Shown: positions 44,960 to 54,962 of the stretch, one piece after another | How positions within the stretch are numbered: the first letter of the stretch is position 1 | Layout: each line of letters opens with the position of its first letter | NCBI GenBank assembly: GCA_937625935.1 | Contig: OW569390.1 | Coordinates: 310,001-374,000, forward strand | Direction: 5' to 3' | DNA from: Tetramitus jugosus | Taxonomy: Eukaryota; Protista; Heterolobosea | Length of the DNA: 64,000 nt | Position numbers and translations under genes: made by a program | Notes under the pieces: generated by a model | Seen by the model: only the letters and a program-made list of their open reading frames with translations | What the model was told of the DNA's origin: nothing | The model's database searches: none

Positions 44960-45480
44960 CCGAATAAAAGTACCACACAAGAAAAAGCTGGAGACATTTT
45001 GTCTGATGTTACTTCGAAACTTTGTTTGGACTGGCACAACTTCGAAGGATACATGAATGAAAATTCTGTTAAGCCTCTTAAGAATGGTGAGAATATTATT
45101 GGGTGTTGGGACAAGGGAGAAAAGAATGAAATGAAGGTAACAATCTCGCTTCCTGCATGAACCAGATAATCAAATTCCGAACACAGAATGATATATTCTT
45201 GGTGAAAAATGACTCATTGGAGATTGATGGTTTAGTTCTTTCGGTCTTTCAAGGCTGCTTCTGTCCAGAACAGAAGCTTCATATCACCACGTTGTTGTGA
45301 GGGTTTCAATCTGATCAATGCTACACGCTACTTGAAGGAGAATCAATGGGAAGAATTGTTGATAATGCTTCCGTGAACACTCAATTCGTTTTATTCACAG
45401 CTACACTGATAGTCATCGAGAATGGATGCACCCACATTCTGAGACAGGAGGGTAGCAAGTTCATTGTAGATGAAGAATGA
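44960..45480 (+). pseudogene. Decayed coding-like fragments of unknown family
   Basis: Protein-like open frames (STTQEKAGDILSDVTSKLCLDW...; 45157-45480 broken by one TGA) in an unusually long intergenic gap. Confidence 0.35.
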
Positions 45481-45608
45481 GTTTAATGAGGAGAAACAGG
45501 ACGTCCTGTTTACAAGAACAACAAACTTGTGGTAAAATCTGCAAGGATCCGATGGTTGTATAAACACATCAATTTATTCACAATTGTTATTGGTCAGTTC
45601 AGCGATCC

Positions 45609-46895
45609 TTAGGAGTTTCGAAGATACTGTACTAATTTGTTCCTATTGGTATTTGTCTTCAAATATGCAGCTATACCGCCCCACAAAACCATGTAGTCGG
45701 CAATAGTTGCGAAAGCATCCTTTGATCCTAAACTCAGTGAATAAGAACGGAACATTTTACCCCTGTATTGATATGAGGCTCTCTTCCCAGCTGCCAATTG
45801 TATTATGTTTTGGGCTGCTTTCTGAGCTTGCACAGCAGCTGCTCCGGCAAGTTTTTCACAAGGACTGTTGTTGAGATCACCGATTGCAAACACATTCTCA
45901 TAACCTTCACATTGCAGATAGGTGTTGACCTTTACGAAACCGGATGAATCCACTTCTATAAGTACTCTATTTTCATTGTCTTGAGTGATGAAATCTGTGT
46001 TTGGTCTCAGAGATCCACACCAGAATACCATGGATGCATCATTGATTTCCGTAACAGTGGACGGTGATACATCCTCCAGTTTGGGATTAGGATCGATTCT
46101 TAACTTTTTTTTGACAGCAGGATCGACATCTTGGTCAAAATGAGGTGAGTCAGAGCTTACACGATGACCGAGAATGACTTCCACTTGGTTTCTTTGCATG
46201 AAATCCATGATATAGTTATGAATGGACTGAGAGTTGGATCGATCCTTGAGCAGCATTCTGCTATGGATCAACGTGATCTTGAATGGATTGGTTGATCGAT
46301 TCAAATCGGCCAATTCACCTACGAGCTCCAATCCCAGAGCTCCTCCACCCACAACAACAATATGATTGTTATCTGGTGAGTGAATTTGCTGCTGGAATGT
46401 TTGCAATTCGATTCTTCGCATCACAGAATTCACTTGTTTGTTTGGATCAGGTTTCACATAAGGTGTCGAATACAATGAACCAGTGGCCAATACCAAGTAA
46501 TCATACTCAAGAACACGTTCCTCTGTTCCATTGTCATTCTCGACTGCAATAGTTACCGTTCTTCGTCTCTCTCTGGACTGACTATCTTCGTGCACATTTC
46601 CATTGTTGGTGTCCAGTGTAACAGGTTCATCATTCAGAGAGGTTGCCCTTGCACCAGTTATAAACTCGAGGCAATGTCCATTCCTTCTGTAAGTCTGTTC
46701 CAGCTCCTGGAGCATAATATGTGCAGGTTCGAATTCATCTGGCTGCACCATCATTCGAAGAGAGTACAATCCAGACTCTACAAAATCTTTCTTCTCAACC
46801 AGAGTGATATCGAACAACAGAGACGATTGATTGGTCAGTGTACTTGCACACTGCAATCCAGCCACGCCACCACCCAGGATTATAACTTTCTTCAT
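45609..46895 (-). CDS. FSP1/AIFM2 (AMID)-like FAD-dependent NAD(P)H oxidoreductase
   Basis: VIILGGGVAG, YDYLVLATGS, VVVGGGALGLELVGE, VNTYLQ...NVFAIGD. Confidence 0.85.
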   Translation of the reverse strand: MKKVIILGGGVAGLQCASTLTNQSSLLFDITLVEKKDFVESGLYSLRMMVQPDEFEPAHIMLQELEQTYRRNGHCLEFITGARATSLNDEPVTLDTNNGNVHEDSQSRERRRTVTIAVENDNGTEERVLEYDYLVLATGSLYSTPYVKPDPNKQVNSVMRRIELQTFQQQIHSPDNNHIVVVGGGALGLELVGELADLNRSTNPFKITLIHSRMLLKDRSNSQSIHNYIMDFMQRNQVEVILGHRVSSDSPHFDQDVDPAVKKKLRIDPNPKLEDVSPSTVTEINDASMVFWCGSLRPNTDFITQDNENRVLIEVDSSGFVKVNTYLQCEGYENVFAIGDLNNSPCEKLAGAAAVQAQKAAQNIIQLAAGKRASYQYRGKMFRSYSLSLGSKDAFATIADYMVLWGGIAAYLKTNTNRNKLVQYLRNS

Positions 46896-47240
46896 CTATA
46901 TCTCTATGGTGTTTCCTTTTTGATGTGAACCAGAGTCATGATGGCATGAACAACTCGGATTGGAATGGATCTGGGACATTGAACATACAGAAGGAATTGA
47001 AAGTCAATTGGACAGAATGTTTAACCTACAATTCGCCCACGGCCTATAAAAGGCTCAAACATGGGAGTTACAATCTGACAGGAAACGAATATTTGTTTAT
47101 CCAGGGCTGGATGGAGCCAGTTGTTGTTCTGTTGGTTGGAGGTTTGCCATCTCTTCCGGCTATCGGACGGTGTATTCTATCTTTTTGGAGGGAGATTAAT
47201 TTCCCCGAAGAAAGCCAACACAGAAAAACGAACAAGAACA

Positions 47241-47957
47241 ATGGATCAAGTAAATGAATGGCAGGCAGATGTGGACGAACTGAGATCATTTCTCAGTCTA
47301 GCAAAGCGCAAAAAGGTTAAAACACTGCTCAACAATGAGATCGCTATGCTTGAAAACAAGATTCTAAATGCCACACCGACGGAGTATTCTCAGCCCGCCA
47401 AAATATCAGCTACGACATTGGCATCTGTCAACAAAACATCCCAAGCAAATTTCCGTCCCATTACATCGTATGGGTTCGAACAGACTGAAAATGATGTTAT
47501 TCATGTGTATATCTCACTAAAGGGTGTTTCTGAATCGACTCGCACAGAATTGAGCTGCACAGAACAGTCTTTTGAGCTCAAGATTTATGGTGTGGTGGAT
47601 CCATCGGACAAGAGCAGCAACAAGGAAGAGAAAAATTATCGATTACAGATTGCGAGAACGGATGGAACCATAGACAAGGATAAGAGCTTTGTTAAGGTGA
47701 AGCCAGATCGTGTCATTGTCAACTTGATCAAGACGAGTGAGAGGCATTGGTTGCAATTGTCGTACAAGAAGCAAGTAGGTGAGGATTTTGATGCTGAGAG
47801 AGATGATCCAGCAAAGGGATTAATGGGTATGATGAAACAGTTGTACGAGGAGGGAGATGAAGACATGAAGAAGACGATCGCACAGACTTGGGCAAACAAT
47901 GAGAAACAAAAGAACAAGTATGCATTTCCAAGTCGAAAGGAAATGATGAGAAATTAA
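47241..47957 (+). CDS. CACYBP: Calcyclin-binding protein/SIP (helical hairpin, CS domain, SGS domain)
   Basis: D..EL..FL..AKR.KVK.LL, ITSYGFEQ, DPAKGLMGMMKQLYEEGDEDMKKTIA..W. Confidence 0.9.
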   Translation: MDQVNEWQADVDELRSFLSLAKRKKVKTLLNNEIAMLENKILNATPTEYSQPAKISATTLASVNKTSQANFRPITSYGFEQTENDVIHVYISLKGVSESTRTELSCTEQSFELKIYGVVDPSDKSSNKEEKNYRLQIARTDGTIDKDKSFVKVKPDRVIVNLIKTSERHWLQLSYKKQVGEDFDAERDDPAKGLMGMMKQLYEEGDEDMKKTIAQTWANNEKQKNKYAFPSRKEMMRN

Positions 47958-48007
47958 ATGAACAAAACAGATGAGATTCAAAGGATTGTGTTGCACCTAA
48001 TAACTAT

Positions 48008-49729
48008 TTAACTACTTGTAAATATCGTCACATCTTGAAATACTTCAAGTTTCATCACGTCAAGCAACCGAGGAAACGCTCTCGTGAACACGTACTTGTC
48101 CTCCAATAAAACTAACAGCGGTGCTTCACCTGCAATCATTCTTATCGTTTGCTTCTTTGGATCATGCTTCATAAACTTTGTGCTAATAGAGTACAGTTGA
48201 GGATGATCGGCATGAGGCGTCGAGTGATTACCACAACAAAAGTGTTTCACACCCATGCCCCACGCTTTTTCAGCACCCTCTGTGCAAAATATGGTCGCCT
48301 GATAGGCACAAGCCAAACTAGTGATCCGACTTCCGTTCAGATCCGGTATCAGTGGATTAATGTGTTGCACACGTGAAAATAAACTTTCGTTCGATGTGAA
48401 ATTGGTCTGTGACTCTGTATTATCACCACAAATGAACAAGTCGTACGTATCGGTCAAGAAGGCTGAGTGCCCTCTGCCTGCATCAATCGCCAAGAACTCA
48501 TTCTTGAAATAGGGTTTGAATTGCGATGTGTCCAACAATTCTGGTCTCAAGACATGATTCAAATGCCCTGTTGCTAAATTACCGGTATTGTTCTTACCAC
48601 ATACATAAACATACTGATGACGACTATTGTCACCGCTACCTCTACTACTAGCGCTGCTGCTACTGCTATCGTCACCACTACACACATCTCTATCCACACA
48701 TATAAAAAAGGAATGAGCCGTTCCACATACAATCTTCTCTATGCGTACGTGATCCGGTACTTTGACTTCACCCACCAATCGATCATAATCCTCTCTTCCC
48801 AATTGACAAAAGCTCTTGCCACCAAACGAATAAGCCACACCTCTCGCACCATCCAACAAGAACCCGTGACCATACCCACACTGCGCATCCGTAATAAACA
48901 CACAATTCTCTCCACTCTCATCATTCGAATCCGGTACCATAATTTGTTTGGGCGTCTTGCTCTCACCATGATATCCACAATTTTGCCAATCATTTGAACC
49001 ACATGCAAAAGCCCTTCCATCTCTCGTCACAAACACTGAATATTCACCCTTGGCTCTCACTTTGATCACATCCAATCCCTCCAATCCCAAAATCTTTCTC
49101 AAACGTTTCTCCGTCGATCTAGTGACGGACATTTGATATCGGAGATTTTCACCAAAGCCCCAAACACTTCCATCGTCCAAACATAACATGCTATAGTTCA
49201 TTCCGCAGCACATGTCAACAATGCGTCTTCCACGAAGTGCCTTGTGAGTAAATGGTACAATGACATCATCATCACCATCATTGTTATGATTGATATGATG
49301 ATTGTTATGATGATTGATGGTAGTCGGATTATTGGAGCTATTGTTGTTGTTGTTGTTGGTAGTAGTGATAGATTGTCGAGTAGTAGATGTAGTGGAAGAA
49401 GTAGAGGTGGCAGTTAAGAGAGGGTAGAGCTGAGGTTCACCAATCACTTTGCACATCAATAAATTTTGATGAAAAATGTTGGTTGATGGATAGGATTGAA
49501 TAATGAGACGCTTCAGTCTTCGTCTCTGTTTGGCATCCATTTTTTTATTGTTAATTAGGGTGTGATGATGGTGATTTAGGTGGTTGTGAGTGTTGTTGTT
49601 GTTGTTGGTTGTGTTTATTGTAGTGAGTTGTTGAGCTACGAGGTGCTCAATGAATGGTGGACGACGATGACCATGGTGATGGTCATTAATCGTCAATGGA
49701 TGATCAATCATGCTCTTTTGGCTGCTCAT
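48008..49729 (-). CDS. RCC1-like beta-propeller protein
   Basis: Repeats CCGMNYS..DDGSVWGFGEN, CGYGH, CGTAHS, AGRGHS; low-complexity N-terminus; ends FQDVTIF. Confidence 0.8.
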   Translation of the reverse strand: MSSQKSMIDHPLTINDHHHGHRRPPFIEHLVAQQLTTINTTNNNNNTHNHLNHHHHTLINNKKMDAKQRRRLKRLIIQSYPSTNIFHQNLLMCKVIGEPQLYPLLTATSTSSTTSTTRQSITTTNNNNNNSSNNPTTINHHNNHHINHNNDGDDDVIVPFTHKALRGRRIVDMCCGMNYSMLCLDDGSVWGFGENLRYQMSVTRSTEKRLRKILGLEGLDVIKVRAKGEYSVFVTRDGRAFACGSNDWQNCGYHGESKTPKQIMVPDSNDESGENCVFITDAQCGYGHGFLLDGARGVAYSFGGKSFCQLGREDYDRLVGEVKVPDHVRIEKIVCGTAHSFFICVDRDVCSGDDSSSSSASSRGSGDNSRHQYVYVCGKNNTGNLATGHLNHVLRPELLDTSQFKPYFKNEFLAIDAGRGHSAFLTDTYDLFICGDNTESQTNFTSNESLFSRVQHINPLIPDLNGSRITSLACAYQATIFCTEGAEKAWGMGVKHFCCGNHSTPHADHPQLYSISTKFMKHDPKKQTIRMIAGEAPLLVLLEDKYVFTRAFPRLLDVMKLEVFQDVTIFTSS

Positions 49730-50281
49730 ATTCCTATTTTTTTTTGGTTGTGTAGGTAAGGCCAGTGTGTTTTGGCATATGCTTTCGACCTAATATACTT
49801 TGGAAGATTCGAGGGTGTTACGGACATTTGAGTTACACAACATCCGACGGATGAAGCATTTTATCCGAAAGGTTGTTTTTATTTCATGGGTAACAGCAAG
49901 GTTCAACTAATGGTTCTTTCTTGCTTTCAGGTTTTTCTGAGAGAACAGTAGAGAAGGGCGAGAGCTATGAATCAAAGGTGTTTGGCAATGGAGGAGTTCT
50001 TTCCTTCTTGTGCCAAACGATCTGATTTTTGATTGTTGGGCCATGATGGATGAAAAAGAGAGAGAGCAGTTAGGCGACGAACTCCAGAAAAGAATCGAAC
50101 TGATTGAAAAATGGCAGAAAATGCTCGAACACGCCGTATGTCCATAAATCACCCAAAAAGTTCGAAGAAATATTCTCTACCCTCAACAATAACACCCAAC
50201 CACACAAGCAAGCTCCTTGACATCAGAGTAACATACTCTTGCATTACAACTTTTTAAACACATTCATCACACAAACAAAAC

Positions 50282-51748
50282 ATGGCCATTACAACCAAAC
50301 CCATCATTACCTTTTCACCAACCACCACCACCACCTCTACTATATCAACAACCAACCTCCTTACTCCAAAAACTCCTACAATCCTAAGAAAACGAACCAG
50401 AGATGAGCTATTGAACTCTGTTCCTGACTCTTCTCCCCCTTCCAAAACAAAAGCTAAAGCTTCGACTGCTCAAACAGCCAGAAAATGTCTCATTTTCACT
50501 GACAATCAAGAAGATAACAGTGACACTCAAGCTCAAGCTCAAAAACAACAAGATCTGCCAAGTGTAAATAATGAAAAGAGCTTTACGTGTCAAATGTACA
50601 TTACTAGGGATCACTCTTGTCAAATTACATTGACTGACCAAAGTTCTAAGCTATCTACAAGTAGTGTGACCATTAGCTCTATTTTAGGATCACTCTCAGA
50701 ATTGAGAGTCGCTGATTTTGCACCCAAGGGTTGCCTCAGTCTCTACCAGAGAAACAATCGTTTCCATAGTCATATTGTTCGACTCAAGATTGATGGCAAG
50801 GATGAGTCATCTAGGATCATGCTCGCTTACTTGAAGGGTCTACTCAGTAGAAAGGAAGAATTGGCTGTTGTGCCCATACCTGACTCAAAGAAACAATTGT
50901 TGATTTTTGATTGGGAACTTGAGCAACAGCAACAAATGAACAATAGCGGTGATAATAGTGCTGCTGAATTGTTGAATCTTTCGTCGTTTAGTGTGACGTT
51001 GCATGCCGTACTCGTAGATCGATATAATCTCGTATTGGATTTGGATGAGACACTGATTCGAACGAGAAGACCTAAATCTGCAGAGGAACAACCTAGGAAG
51101 GCATCTGCAGAGGACTCTTCGGAGGAACACGAGTTCTATGTCGAAGGTCTGAGGTACATTTGCTGTGTTAGACCTGGAACAAATCTTTTGTTGGCATGGG
51201 GAGCTCAAGTATTCAATGTGATGATTGTGACCAATTCGATCTGGGAGTATGCCAAGCAAATTTTACAAATTCTGGACCCTAACAGAGAACACTTGCTCAA
51301 GGGCATCAACATTGACAATGTCCATGAGTTGGAAGCGATTTTAAAGTCAAGAAAGGATATGGTTCCTCATCCAAACATTCCTGCTCCATTGGGACAAAAG
51401 GATTTGACAAAGTACAACCTCTCACCATTCGAGAGCATTGTTCTGGATGACGATGAAACTATCTGGAAAGTTAGGGAACCATTGCTTCCGTTTGACAAAA
51501 TTGTGGAGAACAAGGACTCAAAATCCTTCTTCTGTGCTGTTAGAATGGAGTCATGGAAAAAGTTGCTTCATTTAACCACACTCAAGAACAGATTGAGAGA
51601 CAATATAGAGAAGGAAAGAGCACTGGCAGCAAAGCAGCGCGAAGCTGGAGAGAGGCCAACAAAGCGTCTAAAGTTGGAAACACCACCTACCCCAATTACT
51701 TTCTCACAAAATCACTGTCTGACTGTGATACAACCTGTCGAAAAATAA
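50282..51748 (+). CDS. FCP1/SCP (NIF) HAD phosphatase with putative N-terminal SPOC-like domain
   Basis: LVLDLDETLI (DxDxT), VRPG, VTNSIWEYA..IL..LDP, KDL, SIVLDDD..IW. Confidence 0.8.
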   Translation: MAITTKPIITFSPTTTTTSTISTTNLLTPKTPTILRKRTRDELLNSVPDSSPPSKTKAKASTAQTARKCLIFTDNQEDNSDTQAQAQKQQDLPSVNNEKSFTCQMYITRDHSCQITLTDQSSKLSTSSVTISSILGSLSELRVADFAPKGCLSLYQRNNRFHSHIVRLKIDGKDESSRIMLAYLKGLLSRKEELAVVPIPDSKKQLLIFDWELEQQQQMNNSGDNSAAELLNLSSFSVTLHAVLVDRYNLVLDLDETLIRTRRPKSAEEQPRKASAEDSSEEHEFYVEGLRYICCVRPGTNLLLAWGAQVFNVMIVTNSIWEYAKQILQILDPNREHLLKGINIDNVHELEAILKSRKDMVPHPNIPAPLGQKDLTKYNLSPFESIVLDDDETIWKVREPLLPFDKIVENKDSKSFFCAVRMESWKKLLHLTTLKNRLRDNIEKERALAAKQREAGERPTKRLKLETPPTPITFSQNHCLTVIQPVEK

Positions 51749-51777
51749 ATGACTCAATGGTTGACCGGAATTTGTGT

Positions 51778-54171
51778 TTATTCAAGTTTTTGCAAGATTT
51801 GAGCAGCTGCATCAGGTATCTTAGTACCAGGTCCAAAGACAAAGGCAACACCAGCTTCGTACAACTCATCATAATCTTGACGAGGAATGACACCACCAGC
51901 AACAACCAAAATGTTGTGCAAATCGTACTTCTTTAACTCATTGATGAGTTGAGGAAGCAAAGTACGATGACCTGCAGCTTGAGAGCTCACACCAATAATG
52001 TGAACATCATTGTCAACAGCTTGACGTGCGACTTCAGCAGGAGTTTGGAACAATGGACCAACATCAACATCGAATCCCATGTCAGCAAAGCCAGAAGCAA
52101 TCACCTTGGCTCCTCTATCGTGACCGTCTTGACCCATCTTGGCTACCAAGATTCTTGGTCTTCGACCAGTCTTTTCTTCGAACTTTTGAACCAAATTGGC
52201 GACATTGGTAATGGATGCTTGTTGGTCATCAGCCTTGCTAAAGGATTGAGTGTAAGCTCCAGAAACAACAGCATTGTTTGGAACGTGACGTCCATAAACC
52301 TTCTCCAAAGCATCAGAGATTTCTCCAACAGTAGCTCTTTCTCTAGCAGCACTGATTGCAAGACCCAACAGGTTAGTTTCGTTGGATGACGCTTGCTTTG
52401 CGGCTTCAGTGAGCGCATTGAGTGCTTGCTGAACCTTCTGCTCGTTTCTCTTTGCTTTAGTCTCGTGCAATCTCTTGATTTGTTGTACTCTGACCTTGCT
52501 GTTATCAATCTTCAAGATTTCAATATCATCTTCCTTATCAAGTCTGTACTTGTTCACACCAACGATGGTCTCGAGGCCAGAGTCGATTCTAGCTTGCTTT
52601 CTGGTTGCGCTTTCTTCGATTCTCAACTTTGGCATACCACTGTTAATAGCTTTAGTCATACCACCTAACTCTTCAACTTCTTCAATAATCTTCTTGGCTT
52701 CATTGTACAAATCATCAGTCAACTTTTCCATCATATAACTTCCTCCCCATGGATCGACAACTTGAGTGATACCAGTTTCTTCTTGGATAATCAATTGAGT
52801 ATTTCTGGCAAGTCTTGAAGAGAATTGAGTTGGCAAACCAATTGCCTCATCAAAAGAGTTTGTGTGCAAACTCTGAGTTCCACCCATGACTGATGCCATA
52901 GCCTCAATCGTTGTTCTAATAATATTGTTGTATGGATCTTGTTCAGTGAGAGAGTAACCACTGGTTTGACAATGAGTTCTCAACAACAAACTCTTGGTAC
53001 TCTTTGGATTGAACTTCTCCTTGACCAACTCGGCCCACAACTTACGTGCGGCACGAAGCTTTGCAACTTCCAAATAAAAGTTCATACCGATTGCAAAGAA
53101 GAAGGAGAATCTTGGAGCAACCTCATCAACAGTACTTCCAACCTTCTCACCACATCGGATATACTCCAAACCATCAGCAATAGTGAATCCCAATTCCAAT
53201 GCAGCATTGGCACCAGCCTCCTGCATATGATAACCAGAAATGGAAATACTGTTGTACTTTGGCATGTGTTGACTCGTATAAGAGAAAATATCACCAATAA
53301 TTCTCATGGACGGCTCTGGTGGATAAATAAAGGTGTTTCTGACCATAAACTCCTTCAAAATATCATTTTGAATGGTACCAGTGAGCTTTTCAGGCTTCAC
53401 TCCCTGTTCTTCAGCAGCAACAACGTACATGGCCAAAATGGGCAACACTGCACCGTTCATTGTCATGGAAACAGACATCTTGTCCAACGGAATACTGTCA
53501 AACAAGATTTTCATATCTTCCACAGAGTCAATTGCAACACCAGCCATACCGACATCACCCAACACTCTTTCATTATCAGAATCATAACCTCTGTGAGTAG
53601 CCAAATCGAAAGCTACACTCAAACCCATTTGACCACTCTTGAGAGCTTGCTTATAGAAGGCATTGGACTCTTCAGCAGTTGAAAAACCAGCATATTGACG
53701 AATGGTCCATGGTCTGTTGGTGTACATGGTGGCATGAGGACCTCTGAGGTATGGGAATTGACCAGCAGACAACTCTTCGACTTTTTCCACATCAGGAGAC
53801 TTTTTGTCAGCACTTGTATAAATTGGTTTAATGATAATGCCCTAATGAGTTTGTGTGTTATTGAAAAAACGTTGATTGTTAGCTAAAAGCTTTTTCTCTC
53901 ATCATACAAGTAAAAAAACAATTTTTTGATCTTTGTGATAATTGCATACCTCTGGAGTAGTTCTGAAAAGCTTTTCAACTGGATCTTGACCCAACTCCTT
54001 TTGGGCAATCTTCTTCCAACTTTCAGGTGCACTTGCAACATGTTGAGCTTTTTGTTGATCAACAAACTGTTGTGATAAGTTCTTGGAAGTGGTATGAATT
54101 GCTCTGCTGTTCTTGGTGATGCTATTGCGAACAACACTTGTTCTCTTGATGGTGGAAGCTCCCTTCAACAT
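51778..54171 (-). CDS. MMUT: Methylmalonyl-CoA mutase (AdoCbl-dependent), mitochondrial, 2 exons (54171-53950, 53841-51778)
   Basis: [30 protein letters not shown]12 motif GQDGHDRG. Intron 53949-53842 gives TPE|GIIIKPIY. Confidence 0.97.
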
Positions 54172-54341
54172 GGTTGTGGATAAGTTGTCACTCGCACACA
54201 AGAAAAAACAAAAAATCACAAACCCGCACTTTAATCACCAAATAACTCCGTTCAATCAATTTTCCACCGATGATTGTTTTCCCGCTCTTGCACACAAAAA
54301 CAAACTGGAACAAAAACAACAACCACAGAACAACATAGACA

Positions 54342-54917
54342 ATGAGTGACGAACAAAAACAACAAGATCGTTCAACAACAGTAGAACAAGAAACTGTTCG
54401 GACGTTATTTAACCCTGAAGATTACAATGAAAAGGTATGATTCAACTGAACAAACGCATAGAAAAGCAGATCCTTCTTATGCTTTCCAATCCGAATCCGG
54501 ATCCAACCAACACAGAAGTTCTATTGACACGTATCCTAGGGAGAGAAAATATGGAAGAGAAAGAAGCCTGCCGATCGAACCAATGCAGGCACGAGACCTC
54601 ATCGTTGCGCCATTCGTTACACTGATTTTCTTGCTTCCTTTTCAACAATGTCGCTCGGTAAGATATCGGGTCGTTGGAGTCTTTTTTATCAATGTATGAG
54701 ATCGAAGCCTGGACAAGAGCCGCGTGATCCTGTAGAATTCTTGGATGAAGATACATATGAGTTTTATCAGGAAATGCAAGTCAAGAAGAGAATTAGAGAC
54801 AAGTTTGTGGATGAGTCGAGTCCGTATTCATCGTTTGATCATTCTGTATATTTGCCGCCAAGACGACAAGATTTGGAAAAGAAGGCAGCAGAGGAAAGAC
54901 AGGCACGAGAACAATAG
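54342..54917 (+). CDS. Small unknown protein (~156 aa), 2 exons (54342-54434, 54540-54917); weak Emi1/DUF3128-like resemblance
   Basis: Phase-0 intron 54435-54539 (GTATGA..CCTAG) gives ...DYNEK|GEKIW...HRCAIRYTDF...RWSLFYQCMRSK... Confidence 0.65.
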
Positions 54918-54962
54918 ATAAAAACACATATGTTGTTTAGAAAAGTGATATTGTACATCGTT

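Noticed and set aside
45157-45480. Selenoprotein or readthrough ORF with a single in-frame TGA
   Set aside because: No CxxU/UxxC context, no recognisable family and no clear SECIS. The neighbouring frames are also broken, so decay is more likely.
52939-53682. 247-aa + strand ORF
   Set aside because: Antisense shadow of the codon-biased MMUT gene, with no motifs.
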